In this document: piece by piece, positions 61,683-64,000 of the stretch
Layout of the letters: every line of letters starts with the position of its first letter
Numbering within the stretch: position 1 is the stretch's first letter
Assembly (NCBI GenBank): GCA_963784785.1
Contig: CAWASW010000007.1
Coordinates: 2,394-66,393 of the forward strand
Source of the DNA: Candidatus Woesebacteria bacterium
Lineage (GTDB): Bacteria; Patescibacteriota; Microgenomatia; UBA8517
Reading direction: 5' to 3'
DNA length: 64,000 nucleotides
Notes under the pieces: model-generated
Database searches by the model: none
Seen by the model: the letters and a program-made list of their open reading frames with translations, nothing else
Told to the model about the DNA's origin: nothing
Translations under genes and position numbers: made by a program

Positions 61683-62920
61683 ACAAGCTCTATAGCCTTC
61701 TGAAGCTGTTCATCTACTTCCAAGGTTTCTTCATTATCTTTAATTTCCACATCTGGAGTTATGCCTTTTTCATGAACCCAATTTCCTTTAGGTGTTAACC
61801 ATTTTGCAATTGTGATATGCAAACTTGATCCTTTTTCAAGCTGAAGAGGTTCTTGAATTGTTCCTTTTCCAAATGTTTTATCCCCTACTAACTTATATCC
61901 CATTCCTTCAGATAGTGCTCCTGCCAAGATTTCTGATGCCGATGCACTTCCACCGTTGACCAAAACTACTACCTTCATATTACCAAATTTCCCTGTTCTG
62001 TCAGTTTTATACTCTGTGCGGTTCTTTCCACCCCTGTCCTCGATTACAGCTACTGATCCTTTTTTCATAAATTCTCCTGCAATATCTACTGAACTCTGTA
62101 AATATCCACCAGGATTATTTCTCAAATCTAGTATTATCCCTGTCACCTGTCCGCTTTTCGCTGTTACCTCATCTACTACTTTCTGCCATTCATTATCAGT
62201 ATCTGCTCCAAATTTAATAAGTTTAATATGCGCCACTTTGTCTGATTCAAGGTAACTAACTGTTACTGACGGTACATCAATTGCCTCTCTTACTATTTCT
62301 TTTTTAAATGACTCTGTGGATTCACCTCGAAGTAACACTAAAGTAATTTTAGTTCCAGCTTTACCTCTAATTATTTTGACTGCGTCATTTAGATTAATTC
62401 CAGCTGTGGAAATTTCGATCTTTTTCTCAGTATCAACCAATCCAATTATTAAATCCCCCGCCTTAATCCCTGCCTCTTCGGCTGGTGAATTTGGAAGAGG
62501 AGCGATTACTGCTAAGTTTTTACCTTTAAACCCAATTTGTATACCTACACCTTGAAAGCTTCCTGAAAGATCTTCTTCTACCACTTTATTTTCTTCTGGA
62601 GGAAGAAATGCTGTATATGGGTCACCTAGTGAAGATGTCAAGCCTGAGATAGCCCCGTAGACCATCTTACTAACATTAATTTTTGATTTGTCATAGTATG
62701 ACGAATCAATAGTGTCCCAGACTTTCCAAAAAAGAGCAAAGTCCACATCTGATTGGTTCTTCGGAATTGATCTAGATATTTTTACTTTAGGAAAAGTACC
62801 CGAATCTAATTTAAACCCATTAACTCCAAAATAATATCCAGACATGAATACTATTCCGATACCAAGTGATATTAATACAACTTTTCTGACAACAGCAAAA
62901 TTTAAACGTGTAGTAGACAT
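61673..62920 (-). CDS. ctpA: C-terminal processing protease S41 with PDZ domain
   Basis: LGDPY, GVGI, LDLRNNPGG, SASASEI, TFGKG. Confidence 0.93.
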   Translation of the reverse strand: MSTTRLNFAVVRKVVLISLGIGIVFMSGYYFGVNGFKLDSGTFPKVKISRSIPKNQSDVDFALFWKVWDTIDSSYYDKSKINVSKMVYGAISGLTSSLGDPYTAFLPPEENKVVEEDLSGSFQGVGIQIGFKGKNLAVIAPLPNSPAEEAGIKAGDLIIGLVDTEKKIEISTAGINLNDAVKIIRGKAGTKITLVLLRGESTESFKKEIVREAIDVPSVTVSYLESDKVAHIKLIKFGADTDNEWQKVVDEVTAKSGQVTGIILDLRNNPGGYLQSSVDIAGEFMKKGSVAVIEDRGGKNRTEYKTDRTGKFGNMKVVVLVNGGSASASEILAGALSEGMGYKLVGDKTFGKGTIQEPLQLEKGSSLHITIAKWLTPKGNWVHEKGITPDVEIKDNEETLEVDEQLQKAIELVKN

Positions 62921-62942
62921 GTGAATAATGATACCGTATTAA

Positions 62943-63179
62943 TTAGAATGGGAGAAGGGCTAAAAATCTTGCTCTTTGAACTTCACCTGCTAATGATCTT
63001 TGGTGTTTTGCACAAACTCCACTTCTCTCTCTTGTGTAGATTCTGCCTCTATCTGACAAGAACTTAGCTAGATTTTCATAATTTTTATATGATGGAGTCG
63101 ATTTTGAATCACAGAACAAACAACTCGTTGAGAGTGGTCTTTCTTTTCTTATTTGTTTTTTAAATTTTTTCTTTGCCAT
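62943..63179 (-). CDS. rpsR: 30S ribosomal protein S18
   Basis: CLFC, YK, RGRI, CAKHQR, RARFLALLP. Confidence 0.95.
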   Translation of the reverse strand: MAKKKFKKQIRKERPLSTSCLFCDSKSTPSYKNYENLAKFLSDRGRIYTRERSGVCAKHQRSLAGEVQRARFLALLPF

Positions 63180-63185
63180 TTTAGT

Positions 63186-63220
63186 TAGATTGTAGGTTAT
63201 AGATTATAGATTATAGATAG
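63186..63220. repeat. Heptamer array TAGATTA x5
   Basis: TAGATTG TAGGTTA TAGATTA TAGATTA TAGATAG. Confidence 0.85.
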
Positions 63221-63221
63221 A

Positions 63222-63692
63222 TTAGAACGGGATGTCATCCGTTGCAACATCTTCTGTCTTTGCTTTTTCTACCTTTTTATTTTTTTCAGATTTTGCTTCT
63301 ACTTGTTCAGGGACGTTAAATTCTTGGCTAACTTCTGAACTTGTTTCAGAACCTGCGTTAGGTTTTGAATCAAGTAAAATCATATCATTAATTACAACTT
63401 CTGAAATGTACTTGGTTACACCTTCTTTATCTTCATAGCTTCTGTTTGACAACCTTCCTTCAACATAAACTTTTCTACCCTTTTTCAAAAGTTGTCCACA
63501 AATCTCTGCAAGTTTATTCCATGCAACTATTCTTGTAAAGTCTACTTCTTCTTTCTTTTCACCAGTATCAGTTGTCCAACCTCTATTTGTTGCAATAGTA
63601 AAAGTTGCAACAGCCATAGATGTTGCAGTATATTTAAGTTCAGGATCTTTTGTTAAGTTTCCAATTAATTGAACTTTGTTTAATGACTTCAT
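63222..63692 (-). CDS. ssb: Single-stranded DNA-binding protein
   Basis: LNKVQLIGNL, KG..VYVEGRL, DDIPF tail. Confidence 0.97.
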   Translation of the reverse strand: MKSLNKVQLIGNLTKDPELKYTATSMAVATFTIATNRGWTTDTGEKKEEVDFTRIVAWNKLAEICGQLLKKGRKVYVEGRLSNRSYEDKEGVTKYISEVVINDMILLDSKPNAGSETSSEVSQEFNVPEQVEAKSEKNKKVEKAKTEDVATDDIPF

Positions 63693-63694
63693 GA

Positions 63695-63988
63695 TTATTT
63701 TTGTGCTTCTGTCCTCACAATCAAATATCTTAAAATTTCGCTAGTTGCTTTAAGTTTAATCTCAAAAGGTTTAATGTTCTTTGCAATCATCTCAAATGGC
63801 ATATGAAGATACATTCCTTCTTTCTGTTTTGCAATTTCATGGAATAATTCCTTTACACCCCAATCTTCAGCCTTTTCAATTTTACCTTCAAGCAACTTGA
63901 TCGACTTCTCAAGAGTTTCCAAAACAGTCTTTTTCTTTGCAGCAGTAGTTTTGCTCTCAAGAATGATTGTAAGTTCGTATTTGTTCAT
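63695..63988 (-). CDS. rpsF: 30S ribosomal protein S6
   Basis: KYEL, DWG.K.L, ILRYL; rpsF-ssb-rpsR order. Confidence 0.94.
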   Translation of the reverse strand: MNKYELTIILESKTTAAKKKTVLETLEKSIKLLEGKIEKAEDWGVKELFHEIAKQKEGMYLHMPFEMIAKNIKPFEIKLKATSEILRYLIVRTEAQK

Positions 63989-64000
63989 AATATTATATAT

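Overview
AT-rich bacterial chromosome segment. The gene content and style suggest a Patescibacteria/CPR (Microgenomates-like) genome; this is inference from reduced proteins, short or leaderless promoters without Shine-Dalgarno (SD) sites, and a large pilin array. Housekeeping genes: tyrS, recG, rpmF, nusB, rnc, rpsP, gyrB, gyrA, ppa, ddl, efp, dnaB, hisS, rpmE, a short prfA, rpsF-ssb-rpsR, tRNA-Leu(CAA) and tRNA-His(GUG). A ~17 kb type IV pilus cluster carries ten prepilins plus a PilX-like gene. A REP-flanked RAYT transposase is split by a 517-bp IS200, and a second copy of that IS splits a microprotein gene. A Xer recombinase has a repeat-dense upstream region containing a dif-like site. 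Most unusual signals: (1) more than 15 degenerate 7-9-mer tandem arrays, between genes, in frame inside conserved genes, and as inverted pairs; (2) dispersed SD-led microprotein cassettes sharing leader and 3'-hairpin motifs; (3) a locus of consensus promoter, structured leader, atypical tRNA-His, broken unknown enzyme, hisS and EamA. All assignments are by eye; no searches were run.
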